The position numbers were made by a program, and so were the translations under genes. A DNA stretch of 43,953 nucleotides from a virus. How positions within the stretch are numbered: the first letter of the stretch is position 1; the number at the start of each line of letters is the position of its first letter. The notes beneath the pieces were generated by a model. It ran no database searches. It was given only the letters and a program-made list of their open reading frames with translations, and was not told where the DNA came from. Below are positions 43,595-43,953 of the stretch, one piece after another. The DNA lies in the UHGV virus genome UHGV-0199997. One strand, written 5' to 3'.

Positions 43595-43786
43595 TCACTT
43601 CTCGTTAACATTCGAGTTGCACGCCCAGATTAAAATAAACACCCACGGCAGCAGAACCCATCCGAGAAACAGGTTAGCCATGAATATCGCTAACTTCGCT
43701 TTATGGTTACGGAAGTATGCAACCAGGAAAGGTGCGAAATAGGCGAGCAGTGCAAACAGAATTAAGGAAACTGGTAAACTTGACAT
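43595..43786 (-). CDS. superinfection-immunity-like small membrane protein
   Basis: YFAPFLVAYFRNHKAKLAIFMANLFLGWVLLPWVFILIW matches the recalled Imm-type pattern (YF.P.IIAF.R.H...AIF.LNL.LGWT..GW..ALIW); ATG 43786 with RBS GAAGGGG; first gene of the minus-strand cassette. Confidence 0.55.
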   Translation of the reverse strand: MSSLPVSLILFALLAYFAPFLVAYFRNHKAKLAIFMANLFLGWVLLPWVFILIWACNSNVNEK

Positions 43787-43809
43787 TTTAAACCCCTTCA
43801 TTGTTGGTG

Positions 43810-43845
43810 TAAGTGAATAGTACCCTATTATATTGGGGCGCGCAA
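43810..43845 (-). promoter_or_regulatory. conserved promoter element (TTGCGC-N17-TACTATTCACTTA), minus orientation
   Basis: Member of the element family; drives the four-gene minus-strand cassette. Confidence 0.5.
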
Positions 43846-43953
43846 GTAGTGTGCTAGAATAAGTTTGCGCCTAGTGTCGCACACGAAAAGCGGGTGGTTC
43901 CCGTCTGGCGCATTTATCGTTAACCTGTAACCTCTTAACCAAAGGATTAAAGA

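Noticed and set aside
1-43953. tRNA genes, integrase/recombinase, toxin-antitoxin pairs.
   Set aside because: No cloverleaf-compatible conserved tRNA sequence and no tyrosine/serine recombinase motifs were seen on either strand; cannot be fully excluded without running tRNA and HMM scans.

Overview
The window reads as a near-complete or complete genome of a tailed dsDNA phage (siphovirus-type, probably enterobacterial), with no integrase, tRNA or CRISPR array found. The end of the window (RBS AAAGGA at 43941-43946) joins cleanly onto the ATG at position 1, so the sequence looks circularly permuted with an arbitrary start. Layout: (i) 1-8975 (+) tail module: G/GT-type chaperone with a candidate -1 frameshift, tape measure, gpM/L/K/I-J-like tip proteins, mosaic tailspike; (ii) 9004-20758 (-) replication module: TOPRIM primase-like, SNF2 helicase, a C5 cytosine methyltransferase whose motifs are spread over three reading frames, VRR-NUC, family A DNA polymerase, SSB-like, Cas4-like exonuclease, large P-loop replication protein; (iii) 17884-28490: regulatory hub (XRE-type HTH and a second small HTH) followed by a (+) early array of small proteins, an HslV-like peptidase, holin and endolysin; (iv) 28612-41358 (+) packaging and morphogenesis: TerS, TerL, portal, head morphogenesis, spanins, scaffold, major capsid, connectors, major tail protein; (v) three minus-strand insertions inside the structural module, each with its own conserved promoter element and hairpin terminator: a 61-aa AT-rich gene, a DnaN (beta-clamp)-like mini-protein, and a four-gene cassette (P-loop kinase, T4 Pnk-like HAD phosphatase, HTH-metallophosphoesterase, superinfection-immunity-like membrane protein). 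The most unusual signals are a twice-occurring promoter plus conserved structured leader plus terminator unit upstream of the early operon and the spanin/late operon, a ~36-bp promoter element in at least five copies, and the frame-fragmented methyltransferase. All calls rest on reading the sequence and recalled family motifs; no database search or folding was run.
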